Position numbers and translations under genes: made by a program
Notes under the pieces: model-generated
Databases searched by the model: none
What the model saw: the letters and a program-made list of their open reading frames with translations, nothing else
What the model was told of the DNA's origin: nothing
Assembly (NCBI GenBank): GCA_973895155.1
Contig: OZ316898.1
Location: 8,171,079 to 8,235,078 of the forward strand
Reading direction: 5' to 3'
DNA length: 64,000 bases
DNA from: Marsupella aquatica
Taxonomy: Eukaryota; Plantae; Marchantiophyta
Part shown: piece by piece, positions 25,191 to 38,508 of the stretch
How positions within the stretch are numbered: the stretch's first letter is position 1
Layout: each line of letters begins with the position of its first letter

Positions 25191-25489
25191 ACAAATTAGG
25201 GTTGTCATTGCTTACCAGTATTATTTTTTTGAATGCAAATTAGTGTGTGGATCTAGTCCTCCCATCTCCCTTTAGCGGTTCTTGAATTCAATAAGGGAGA
25301 TGGGTCCTTGGAAATATCTTAAATGCTATATCAAAAACGTGAGCCCTATTGTGTGAATCACATGTCTCTCTTTGATCATGTGAACAGAGCATGTGGGATC
25401 ATGAGGCTACCTGGAAGATGAAACCCATTTGGACCCGGTTTGGCCTTAACCGGCATATTGGGGGTCTCAACCCGTCAAACCGGCATGGT

Positions 25490-25790
25490 CCACCACCCAC
25501 CCGGCCAGCCCCAGGCCCGACCCAGCCCCGACCCGGCCCAGCCCAGCCCTGCCCAGCCCCGTACCAACCCCGACCCCACCCCAACCATTTTCGACCCGGC
25601 CCGGCCCCAACCTCGCCCGGTCCCCCACCCACCTGGCCCCGCCCCCACCATTTTTTAACCGGTCCGCCCCCGACTTCGCCCGGTCCCCCACCGTTTTTGA
25701 CCCGGCCCGGCCGCGACCTCGCCCCATCCCCCCACCCACCCGACCCCGACTCCAAACCAGGGGACCGGCTCACTAGACCGGGGGAGTCCG
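25490..25790. repeat. C-rich low-complexity array (CCCGGCCC/CCCGACCC)
   Basis: Dozens of CCC tracts on the + strand, giving extreme GC content and strand skew in AT-rich surroundings. Confidence 0.85.
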
Positions 25791-26644
25791 GGGAATCAGT
25801 GGGAATATGCATCAAATTGTCTGTTTTTGGCCCGTCTTTTGACGGTTTTACGTGCCCAACAAGACGTCAAGTTGCCCGTCAGGTTAAATCTGGCATTTGG
25901 ATGAGCTCATTGAGTAACTTGAATGATGAAGCATTTGAATCTTCATTTCAATACTTATCCTATTTCCCCCTAATTCTAATTGCTTCTACTTTCATGATCA
26001 TTAAAGGTAATTGTCTAAAATAACTTCATCTTAGATCTTTTTCATGTTGAGATTCATTATTATCTTCTCCTTGTCTCCAAATAACTGTCTAACTATGAAC
26101 CTAGCCCAAGTATGCAACTAGGGGAGCATCGTCATTGATGTCCTTCTATTTATTCCTTTCAACATTTGACAGTACTTAACTTGGAAGTTCAAGCATGGAT
26201 GGCCCTCAATAAATTTCCAGTGACTCCCTCCTCTATGGAGGAATCCTTTGATGTGCTTAGAATGCTTCCAAACATTTGGGAAAGAGTTTTGCAATGAGCT
26301 AAGATTGTCAAATATAAGAAAATATCAAAGAGATCTCTGCTTCCTTGGTAGTCTAACTATGGTGCCAACAAAATATATTTTCAAATTTCTTCTTGATCTC
26401 TCATTGAAGCACTTGGGTGCTTAGAATTGTTAGGCCCATTTCGGAAATATATTTTCAATGAGCATAACATTGTCAGATTATGGCAAGTATTGAAGAGCTC
26501 ACAATTTTTTACTGTAGTACACTTTCTTGAATGTCTCGCCATGTTGTCAGCAAAAATGAGTTTTTGAATTCTATAGCTTTCCAATGACCCTAACATTGAC
26601 ACATTTTGTGTACAGATTTTGTCTAGTGCAAAGGAGATCATGAT

Positions 26645-28090
26645 AGGTCAGGGTCAGTTAAGGTTCACACCAACATCATCTTCTCGTGTTGAACAGGGTT
26701 GAAACTACATGAATCCCTCCTGGAGTGGCTTGGGCCATTTTGCTCAGGGTCAAAGTCAGTTGAGATTAACCCGAACAGGGTTGAAACTACATAAATCCCT
26801 CCTGGAGTGGCTTGGGTCATTTTGTTCAGGGTCAGTTGAGATTAACCCCTCTCCAAGATGCTTAGATTTGACTCAGGTTTAGGGTCAGTGAAAATTCATT
26901 CCCAACATCATCTTCTTTGTGTGGAATGGGGTTGAAACTACTTGAACCCCTCCTATAATGCCTTGGCTCATTTTGACTTGGGTTTAGTCAGTTAAGGTTA
27001 ACCTTTCTCTGAGTGGCTTATATTTTGACTCAGATTCAGGATCAGTTAGGGTTCAGGCCCAACATGAACTTCTATCTTATTTATAAAACGTCAACTACAC
27101 TAGAGCTGGGGCTAGGCTTCAAGAGTGAAGCCTCTAGGTGTAATTCCATAGCCCACCATGTGAGCAGTAAAATTTATTATGATATATGTCAAATAATAAT
27201 TATCATACATAGTTTTTGTTATGATTTTTATTTACATTAAAAACATGTACTCTATGGCCCCACCACATATGTGCATAAAAAAAGAAATGTATATAGAGAA
27301 GAGAATGATATATTATGTATGATTATTAAAATGATGACATACATGATAATTTTTATTATTTTATTAACATTCAAAAAAATGAATAGAAAATACTTTAGTG
27401 ACACTGTTATTACCTCTTCGCTATTCATGTTCAAAGGTGACACTTTTATTGTCCTCTCATGTTCAAAGGTGACACTATTCATGTTCAAAGGTGACACTTT
27501 TTTGTCTTCTCATGTTCAAAGGTGACAGTTCATGTTCAAAGGTGTGACACTTTTATTGTCCTCTCATGTTCAAAGGTGACACTTCATGTTCAAAGGTGAC
27601 ACTTTGATTGTACTCTCTGCCATTCATGTTCAAAGAATGGGTATTAAAGGCTAGTGTGTTCTAACAAGTATTCATGTTCAAAGAATGGGCATGTTCAAAG
27701 GTGTGACACTTTTATTGTCCTCTCATGTTCAAAGGTGACACTTCATGTTCAAAGGTGACACTTTTATTGTACTCTCTGCCATTCATGTTCAAAGAATGGG
27801 TATTAAAGGCTAGTGTGTTCTAACAAGTATTCATGTTCAAAGAATGGGTAATCAAGGCTACTGTGTTTCACCAACGGGTTCAAGGTGTGTTTCACCAACG
27901 GGTTCAAGGTAACCCATCCTGGCATGACTGTCCGGGCTAGTGTGTTCTAACAGCGGTTGAAAGTACATGAACCCAATACAGCATGGCTTCACTGTCGGTC
28001 ACCAAGAGTTCTAATTGAGAGGGCAAACTACATGAACCCTTCCCAGCGTGGCTTTACCCTACATCACCCAGAGTTCTTTTGAGCGAGGCT
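26645..28090. repeat. Nested repeat region: CAGGGTCAGTT../GGGTTGAAACTACAT units interrupted by a CATGTTCAAAGGTGACAC minisatellite
   Basis: Units with GGGTTGAAACTAC..GTGGCTT lie at 26645-27070 and again at 27950-28060. The minisatellite spans 27425-27850 and has a ~160-bp higher-order duplication. Confidence 0.85.
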
Positions 28091-29315
28091 ATGTGAGCAG
28101 CAAAGCAAGAGCGGACGCTCAATGCCCTTGGTATGCCGAACCCAAGTTTTGGTGAGTTCACAGTAGTCAGGGGAAATCTTGTGAATACTTTCTTCTGGAA
28201 TTAACTCATGACACTACTCAAAAGTTTCACCCTCTACATTTGAGTATAACTCTGATTATGGTGTTCACATAATCCTCAAAATATGGTGTTCAAATAATCC
28301 TCAAGCATTTACATTGTCTTGCTTGATCCCGCTGGGGACTAATTGTCAGCTGGTGCTATGGTTTGCACTGTCAAAAACGTCTCCAAAGAGAACATACAAC
28401 AGAATAGAACAAGAGCATAAGCATCGAGCAGAAACAAACCTGGTGGAACATAAGCTGTTGTCAAATGCTGTTTGGAGAGGCTGAACTGCAGGTGGGATCT
28501 GTACGTGTCGAGTATGCTGCGGAATCCGAGATTGTACGATTCGACAGGGAAATTGACAGGACAAAGAATTTGCCGTCCCTGACCATCAACTAACTTTAAA
28601 AGCGAAAAAGTTGCTATGCGACATACAAGAGTTTTATTCGATTATGGAGTGTGCGACTCTGAAAACATTGATTCCCCTGTACTTCAAGACTTCAGTTCAC
28701 AAATTTTGAGCTCTTTTTACACTTTCTGCTCATCGATGAGAAGGCAGACAAAACTTAAACTGAACTAAGTGTTAGCGGTGTTGGCTGAATGCGATTGCCT
28801 GCCTATAGATCAAATCCGAAGGGGACTATGGGAAGCCCATCGAACCGAATCCCACATACTCAGAGCATAGATTCTCTGCTTTTGCAACAATGAGGCTGCT
28901 CATGACTGCGCTATGCTTCTGTTAAAGAGTACAGAATCAATCTAAAGCAGACTGGCTCAAAGGACATTACAGCAAACCATTGAAGCTTAGGATTACCATA
29001 GAAAGCCAGTGCAGTACATAGCTACAGCAGTGATAATTGTTGGGCGACTCATAAGCACTTTCTCGGCAGCAAAACTGTCCAGCTTACCCGCGTTCACTTA
29101 CATTCAGTTGGGGATCCAGGTTGCACGAAAGCATATGACACAAAAAATTGATCCCAGCTTGTGATTCCTCACAATTATCTGTTTATAAATTGGGGGTACA
29201 ACCTCCAGTTCGGGCCTTGCGAAATTCAAGACCCTACCCATCTACAAAATCTCCCCCGCGTTCGATCAACGGATCATCCCTAGTCTTCCTGGAGTACAGT
29301 ATATCCTACGAGAAA

Positions 29316-30289
29316 TTACCGCTTGCCACCGCCTCCACCAGTCTTAGCTTTCGGACCTGGGGCTGCCCTAGCAACCTGAGGCTTGCCAGCCTTCGAGCTA
29401 CCTTTCACGACCTCTGCCTTCTTGGCCTTCTTCTCATCCTTGGTCTTCTTAATCCTCTCCTTGATTTCCCTAGAAAACAAAAATGAGCTTCTTCAGACAT
29501 CGTATTCGATTATAACCATAAAATGGACACGAAGGAAGTCAATTGTTCAGGCTACTGATTCAGTAGAGAGTGCTCCCATTGGCCATCACAAGAGACCTAT
29601 CTGACATGAACGTGACTTACCGAAGCGCTGCCTCACGAGCAGCTGCACGAACTTCGGTCTTCTCAGTTCTCTTCTTCTGGATAACTTCCAGCGAAGCACC
29701 GACAATCGATCTCGAATAGGGCTTGCTCGAGGCTCTGCGCTTCCTCTTCACGGTTTCCGAAAGAATGTCCTGGATAACGACGACAGAGAAGCTTTGAATA
29801 CCACAGAGAACGCTCCAAAACAACCATTTCACGAATTCTACGAGAATATGAATCGAGACAGTGCCATAATGACGACAGGCAAATCAAAGAACGCCGGCAG
29901 AGCCCCACATACCTTCTTGTGCTGCTTCCTGTACAACGCAGTCCAGGTGAGCTTGGATGGCTTCAGCCTGTTGTGGAAGTAGTGTTTACACTTCGAGTTG
30001 ACGAACAGGAAAACCTGCGAGTCACTCCGGATAAACCTAATTCCCCTCCCGGGATAAATCTTCGAGCCGCTAAAGCGGCAGACCTCCGTCCTGCCAGAGG
30101 TCGGTCAAGAGTGCACAGTTAACATCCGTAAATCCATTCACAGTGCATCAAACTTTTCAATCCCGCCCATCGACAGCGAAATAGAGCTCACTACGCAAAA
30201 AACCTGCAGAGGACGAGAACAGAAAAAACCAAGAGCTTCAGACGTGCAATGTACTGCGAATTGAGAAGCATTACGCACTTGAGCACCAT
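29316..30289 (-). CDS. RPL24: 60S ribosomal protein L24 (eL24)
   Basis: Exons 30289-30279, 30090-29913, 29769-29621 and 29469-29316. The protein reads [107 protein letters not shown]. Confidence 0.98.
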
Positions 30290-30401
30290 GGCGATGCCTC
30301 CGCGTCACTCCTCCGAGCATGCAGCAGCAGGAGCTTGGCCGATCGACCGATTTCGACAACGAGAAAAGAGACACCCTAACGAAGAGACAGCAACTTACTG
30401 A

Positions 30402-30410
30402 TTAGGGTTT
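30402..30410 (-). promoter_or_regulatory. Telo-box (AAACCCTAA) upstream of RPL24
   Basis: TTAGGGTTT lies ~115 nt upstream of the RPL24 ATG. Telo-boxes are established elements of plant ribosomal-protein promoters and leaders. Confidence 0.65.
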
Positions 30411-33400
30411 CTCCTCACTGAGATTTTTGTTCTATTCCCAGACTTTTGGTCTGAATTTGCTAGAATGTTACAATCTTTGCCTTAGAATACTAGGATGCTA
30501 TCCTTCCCATTCAGAAGCTCGGATGGTATCTCCGTCCAAGCCTTCGAGCTCAGACCCCATAATGGTAAGCTAGCAGAAATACACGTGTTAATAGATCCCT
30601 TCTCAGCTTAGAAATGCAATTTAAGCAAATGCAAAATGAGCAAGGGTTAGAGATTTGTGTTCCATTCCCACAATTCAATTCATTAGCTCTGATAGCATCT
30701 CCATCCAACCTTTGAAGTCAGATGGGATCCCAACATGCTCAGAACTCTTACTTATCATAGTTGCAATACACTTTTCAAAAGATGCCATCTGAAGTTATAG
30801 ATGTAATTCAATAGCATGTTGGGATGAGGATCCCATCCGAGCTTTGGTCAATTTTAATGACTGTCAGTCTTTTAATCGAGATCAACCTAAGTTAACCATG
30901 GTTGGATCTACCAATCAGAATTTGGCTACCAGGGTCTCTATGGACTAGGAGGATAAGTCCTACTTGATTGGCCAGAATGCATCACCACTCTATTGTTGCA
31001 AGTTCACTTCAGTGGATTTCAAACTTCGTGCCTCTCCTCCAACAACTTGCAAGCCTCCCCTTGTTCATCACATCCTAATCCACACTGGATTTCACTGTGC
31101 GCGCCACCCATGCACTCCCCTTCTCTCAATTGGTGTGGATGGGCAGGCTAGGCCAGAGTACCTTGAGAATCAATTGAGGATGAACTAATTTCATTTAAAC
31201 AAATAGATATACAAGAAGAAAGGCTTAAATAATCCAAACAAATGAAAGGATTAGCAGGATAATTGTTTGGATGGGGTCCCCATCCAAAATGATTTTCCCA
31301 GATTAGACTCCTAAGCTCATACAGATCTATGAAAACTTGTATTTTACCTGTACTAGAATAACGTGGATTATAGTAAAAAATTGCTTGACTTTCATACAAA
31401 GAAATATTTGTGACAAACATAGACTTAATGTGCCCTTCTTGGAAACTATGGGCTATCTTTAAATAGATTTGGCCGGGCCCTCCCCCTTCAAACAGAAGTG
31501 TTGTTCTTTAAATTTGCAGTCAGATACATTACGAGAGGCAAGGGTTACAACTGCTTTAGGCTGCTACAATTGGGTTCCTACTTCAATCAGCATCCTGTAG
31601 TGTTTGAATCCCACTTCGCACAAATAGCAACATGACTATGGTGTCTAACTTTGTGGGTAGCACCTGATCTTGGAAGCCTCTCATCTAACCTACATGTTCA
31701 GGGTCTAATGTGCGGTACACAATGGCACAAGATTTTGGGCAAGATTCTGATGAACTACCTGATGAGCTGCCACCAATTGCAGCCTGGCATAGAGGCACTG
31801 CCAATAGGCATCTTGGGGTCAACTACAGAAATATGCAAAAACATATACAAGTAAAAGTAAGTATATTTCATTGATATTTAGTACATGGATTGCACACGGA
31901 TTGTCCTAGTGCATTGCACAGAAAATGTAGACTTGAGGCAAGGAAGTTATTGAGACATAGGTGTGTCATTGATGCAACGGTGTGTTTTTGAAGAAAGAAA
32001 GTCATTGAGGCACCAAAAAGCCATCAAGGCATGAAAATCATTGAGGAAAGGAGGCAGGGAAGTGTCATCGAGAGTGTTGTTGATGCAAGTGTCGTTGCAC
32101 AAAATCCTACTCAGCAGCACCACACATCAAGTCAAGCCTTGGCACCGTGCAGTACTGTTGACCATTTTATCAGGAGGGCGAGGCAGGGAGGGAAAGTGTG
32201 TGGGCAATGGGAGGCCAAGGCGAGAGGCCCCACTACAAGAAGGGGGAGGGGGTGAAGGGCAGGGTGTGGTGGGCCAAGCACATAACTTCTCGTGAGGGGG
32301 TCTTTTGGGCTGATCCAACAATGCAGGAAAAACAGCATTTCATCAAATACCCAATATTGCTTCCCACCTAGATTTCGTTTCGTAAACAGAAGATGGAAAG
32401 CACTATTGCATGTTACAGTGTTTAGATGGGTTGAATCTAGGCCTCGAATTTAAATTTCAACAAGCCAAAGGATTCCATTAATGTTCATAAACTCAATTTA
32501 AGTGATCCTTTGAACCCAATTAAATATGCGATAGCATGACTTCCACTAACTCTGAAAGGATCCATTCCTATAGTGCATTGTAAATTTCAGAGTTTCTCTG
32601 TAAGTGGACTACTGAGTGTACTACATGTCGAGCTCGTTCACGAAGACATTTCAGACAAATGCCATGAGCTGCACCTTCAATTTAGTTGATATCACATGGG
32701 GTATAGTCATGGCACCCTTCACATTCTGGTTGGTAATCCTTTGAACAAATGTATTTTCCACTCATGCTCTCCAACAATGAAAAAGGTCTCATGATTCAGA
32801 AGTTTTGATGGCTTCTTGTGACATGGATGTTTGCTTTGTATGACAAAGTTGGGGCCAGGCCCCTCTACTCTCTCCGTAGTGCCTAGTAGCAGTAACAGAC
32901 ATTTTGCAGCCATCTATGGATCTCATACAGGAGGCCTGTCACGATGCACGATATGGATACGATTTAGCAGCATTCTATGGATGTAAGAAAACAAAATCCA
33001 GAAGAAGTCATGAGAAGCTGACGATTCACAGGGAGGAATAGATATGACAACACATTAACCTAGCATCATTATAACAAAGGGACATGAAGGGAAAATGCTT
33101 GACCACTCAGCACAATCAAAAAATAGGTCAATCTTAAATCACAGAGCACGTGATTCGAGCAAACCAACGATCGTTTTTGACAACCTTGCTTAACTCCATT
33201 TTGCAGTACATTCTGTGGCGCAGGTGCCTAGTTATGAATGGCTCAACTGACAGACTTTTTAATCGTTAAGTATAGTCTAATTCCTTACGAATCGCCCCAG
33301 AAAGCAAAACAAAACCAAAAGTGTCGCAAGTTTATTCATTTGCAATGAATCCACGAAAGACTTGGGACAACTTCGACGTCAAAGAATGAAGAGGGCCATG

Positions 33401-33943
33401 AAACAATCCAACTCTGAACGGTGAGCGTAGCTCTCAAAGCACCAAGCAAAGGTCAATTTACCAGGACGCCTGAAAAAACCTGCACCTCGCGGAGGACATG
33501 GCCTTGCAAAGCGAGAACCAAGACTGACATGAAAGTGAATTGCTCCGTAATGCCTGTTTCCTAGGCCCTGTGCCTCTTGACTGGTAGCCAGTATAAAATA
33601 AGCCATCACCGATCTAAGCTCTGATTTTTCGACTACGAGGTGCAAGTTCAGCATATAATACAGAAAAATTATCTCTCATATCAGTGCACTATCTCTCATA
33701 TCAGTGCACATATAGAACCGTAGGCAGAGCAAGAACAAATTTCCGTTCGAGTCAATGCCCTCTATGGATATTGACAGCGGTACAAGACAAAAAGCACATT
33801 CCCATGCAAATGGGGTGACTTGTCTTTGCCACCTCCATGAGTGGTTGCTCCCCTCCCTCCCTCCATAATCCATATTTGACATAACCAAGAGATATTATAG
33901 AGACTGAAGTACTCCACAAATGACCAAAAATAGATCTTTGATT

Positions 33944-36900
33944 TTAGACATCCCCAAACATCTGGCCAAGGAAAAAGTCAAATGATTATCAGGACCGGTA
34001 GAAAGGCGAAGGAGGCCAAGACATACCTAACTTACCCAGAAGAGACCTATTTACTGCATTGTAGAACATATATTAATTGCACACCTGAACTCAAATCCCA
34101 CAACACTTGCGAACCCATGAATTGGAAGGAAGAACCCGGTTGAGTTGCACCAACCTTCATGATATCCCCAAGCATCCCTTGGATGCCATTATTTTGTCGA
34201 ACATTGTAAAAGCGTTCCGCTATCTCATCCAGGTACTGCAAGATCCAAGACGGGTAAGTCAATTCAGTAAACACAATCAACTCATAGCAAAATTTACCCA
34301 TGAAGAGATATCCCAAAGTGGGGTAAGAAAATGAAACTGAAGTACCTCATCAAATGTAGGGTCACGGTCAATACTTGGCTTGTATGATTGCCGTAACATC
34401 TGGAACAACGGCAAGGCATCTCTCTCTAGCCTATATCTCCAAAAACACAGGCCTAAGTCAAAATAGTAATGAGGTGGATACCAGCAGAGGCATATGTCCA
34501 TGGCATGCATATTCTCCAACTGCAACTTTTTCAATACAAAACGACCCAACATGCTCGACCTTCCCTGCTAAAATAATCATGGACAAACTGAGGACTTCAA
34601 GTGGAACTCACGTTTGTAGCAGAAACTTTAAGAAATGCAATAGAGGCGAATCTGGCAGCTTTTCTGGAGATGCTTCTTTAACCTTTTCCAATAGCACGTT
34701 AGCATCTTTCAGATACCCAAGAGTCAGATATCTGCCAGCCAAGAATCAACCAATCAGAGAAAAAGGATTTAACCTGGCCAAGATGAAAGTAATATTTTCT
34801 TACAGTCTGTGAACCCCGACATCATTGATAACGAGGTCTGTTGTAACGCAAGATAATGAGGCAAAGGATGCCAACAACTTACTGTAATATAGCCCGTGCA
34901 ACTACCAAATCAACTTCTTCAGGATAGCACTGCACCAGGGTAGAACAAGATCGAATAAATGACATTCCGATAATAAGCGCCACAACGAGAACCGAGGTGG
35001 AACAGAGTAAGACTGTCAAGACCTGGCCTTCAAACACAGACACTACAAGTACAAGTACAGAGCGGAAAACGTGACCAGAAATCGGCCATTGACAACAGTC
35101 ATAAACCTTCATCATGACAATGATGGTCCTGTGGCAGGCTCTGTTCATGTACGCACGTTGTAGTCAAAGTATTGGACAAGCAGAGACCGTAGTTAAAGGA
35201 AAGATATGATTTACAAAACCCTGTAAATTGCAAAAGATAAAAATGTAGAACAGATGAGAAGCAAGTCTTCCCAATCAGTCAAATATGGCCTTAGGTTGCT
35301 TTCGTACCTTGTCCATCCAGTCTACCACTGCTTGAGAGAAAGCTTCTGGGCAGTCGCCCCGAATGTAATATAATGATGCTTTACCAAATTCCTATACAAA
35401 TCAGGACGACTCTTGAGTGATCTCATTGAAATCCCTGTGCAGTTTATCTGGTAACGAAGCCTACTTTATATGGGAATTGCCGTTTCTTCATGTACATTTT
35501 TCCATGCACATCAAGCGTAGTCTAGCTTTTGTCCTTGTCCTTGGACAATAATCGCTACAATCCGGGAAAGAAAAACGTTTTCTATGCCAGAGAATATACA
35601 GAAACTAACATGAGATCAATAGGTTTTGTAATACATGTAGCTTGACCTGTCAAAGATCCCAGCAGGGACAACTTAAGTCTATGCGGTGACTTGTCTACTG
35701 TACAGGTTCAGGAACAAGACAAAGGACTCGCATCTTATATATCAGTGAACGTGGAATTGTAGAGCTAAAGGATTCGGCATGATTCGAGTTCTTAGACCGG
35801 ACGACGGTTCTTTCAAAAACAGTGAGCTAACAGGGGTATTCTAGAAAGATAGACCTAAATGGGAAACAAGAAAGATGGAACTAATCGACATTATTGATGA
35901 ATCTCCAAGGAGTAAGACTCCCCAGGCATGCAGCAGACTACAACGCAGGAAGGAAGAGCCAGGAGCATATTTCTTACAGGTATAGGAGATTGAGTCCAAA
36001 TATAATTAGCCAGCATGTGATGGAGCACAGGTGCTCCTCTCTCAGGTCCTCCAGAATCTATCGACCACCTGTTTCAACCAGAAAACAATTCTCTACCGTC
36101 ATACCGATTCAATCGTTTATGGTTTGAATGGATGTTGAAAAGTTGCGGCACTTCTAATAGAGATCTGACAGCAGCTCCTAGGAAACAAGTGTTCAAGAGA
36201 TGGTCTTGGACTACAGAAAAGAGGATTCACTTGATTGCTGCCTTCAATAATGTCGTACAGCCCTCCACTCGGGTTCTTGCAGCAATATAATCCTCGGACA
36301 TATTTCCACCGTCAGCATTTGCTTTGATCTTACTGATGTCCACTCGAGGAAATTCCTTGTAAATAGCTATTATTTGATCTGTTAATAATCCAAATACACT
36401 TGTCACAAGGATGAGCACGAAGAACAAGACTTGTCTGATCGGTTACTAATTCCAGCAATTTGATGCGCAGTGTAGACAAGCTTCACCGAAACCAATCAAT
36501 AGCTTCAATGTCACAATAACGTTACGTATTTACAGGAGAAAGTACATGTGATCGATAAACCAACTTACTTAACCAACACGAAACACAACTAACAATATAA
36601 CCTACAACATTGATGGAAAACATTTCTTGCATCACCGTGACATGTTGGGAACATCACTATGTCTGTACATTAAGTGATATCTTGGCAACTCGACCTAAAT
36701 TATAGCAATATTGTCAATTACAACTATTGCAGCGTGAATTGACGATCACCATTTTCCCTTGATCCTCAAGAAATGCCTTGTATTCTTGGAAGGAGTCGAA
36801 CTACCTTCTACTTCGATTAAGTTCAGATTTAAACACTTTCAATGCTTAGCAAAGTCAGAAAGATGACTCACCTACAGGTGCAGGGCCAAAAGGAAGCTCT

Positions 36901-38508
36901 GCCTTCCGAAAAGTTTCTATAAGCAACACGCCAAGCTCTGTTCCACAGGTTACCTGCAGATTTGTATTAGAATCAGCGTCAGCTTCACTAAGGTAGTAGA
37001 AGACGGCCAGCGTCAAACAGGCCTGCGGCTTTTTAATGGCCAACGTGGCCAAACAAAGACAGGGTCCTCATCAGACATGACTGGTTTCGTTCAGTAGAGG
37101 CCGGGTTTTTTTGTCGTATTTCTCAGTAGCAGATGTGGGGGAGAAGAGTTCCAATCACACTCGGCTACCTTGGATGTCGAGGACTTCCATACCCTTACAT
37201 CGATAAGGGTCGAAGATATGAACTCGATTTTCGGCATTGAAGACGTATCAACAAGTTTAAAAGGTGGCCAATGCAACTAAAGACTCAAGAGGTTACGACA
37301 TATGATGGGGCACTTGCATTCACGTGAACGTAATGAAGGAACCTCAAACTAGCTAGTCGTACAACATCTCTGAAACAAGGACCCTAGAACATTGGAGTAA
37401 TGCACGACTGACCAGCTGAGTAGCAAGTCACTTCACAAAGAATAGGAAATATCTATTTACTAGAGCTGCCCCCATCGACGGCATATTTGAAGAATCATAT
37501 CATGTGTACAAAAAGTCCAGAAGGAAAGCCAATTTTAGGGATGGTCTAGATGCCCTAAATGCAGGAGATTCTTGTTGGAGAGCTTCATAACGAGGAGGGA
37601 CCAGAGTTGAGAGAAGAGATTTTAAAGTGCAACGCAGTAGACCGACTTCGGGAAGAGGCAATGCGCGACAACCCAAGGATTGCTCTAGCAATTCAGCTGG
37701 AGTCGTCAAACTAAATGCAGGGTCAAGAAATGGCTTGAAATGATGATTGGGTGAGAGGGCCATGCATCCTCACCTGTCCATGCTTGAGCTGGACGCAGGC
37801 ACCTGACTGGAGAAGCTCCATTGCGTCATCGTACTTATGGCTAGCTACAAATCTGACCAGGAAAGATGCAACAGTTGATGTTATGATCGCCGTTTTTTGC
37901 TGATACTAGGTTATGTGGAAAAAACCAGAAACATGCAACTAAAAAATGCCACATTACTCGTCCGTTCACTCCAGGCGTCTAGGCTAGAATCAAACCTGGC
38001 ATAACGAGCCTTATAAGTTTGCTGAGCTTCATAATAGTCGCCTGCTTCTACACGTTTCGCCAAGCTTTGAACTATCTGCGATCGGGATCGTGCTCATTCA
38101 AGCCCAGCAGGACAAGTTACAATGGAAAAACCCCGACATTGCGAAATGAATTTAGTGCAAGTGCATACATAACGTTCATGGACCAAATCTACATAAATCC
38201 TTAGAATTCCAGAGGTGGAATTAGTGCACTTATTTTCTACTCAGAACCAATGCCGGGCCACAAGAAATTGAAGGACTAGACCAGCGTAGCAAGCTAACAA
38301 TGTATGTGGAGACTTGTTCAAGAAATCATTGAAGGCAAAGATGACCGCCCTTTATCTCTACTGGCTTAAGACTCTTGCAGATCTCGAGAGAGTGATCCGG
38401 CATCGTAACAAACGTATACATTTTACCCGCTGAATTCGGAATTCCGAACCCTCCTCAATTTCGACTCAGACAACTCCTCACCTTGGCAGCGCTGCTAGAA
38501 TCCCGCAT
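33944..38508 (-). CDS. GET4: Golgi-to-ER traffic protein 4 homolog
   Basis: Twelve in-phase exons: 38508-38482, 38075-37996, 37852-37774, 36953-36872, 36378-36231, 36068-35978, 35391-35308, 34929-34883, 34731-34612, 34430-34346, 34235-34155 and 33961-33944. Motifs include [71 protein letters not shown] and [19 protein letters not shown]. The first and last exons are less certain. Confidence 0.93.

Noticed and set aside
25391-26023. Pro-rich 210-aa ORF and Gly-rich antisense ORFs
   Set aside because: The C-rich low-complexity array lacks stops in several frames on both strands, and there is no signal peptide or extensin SPPPP pattern.
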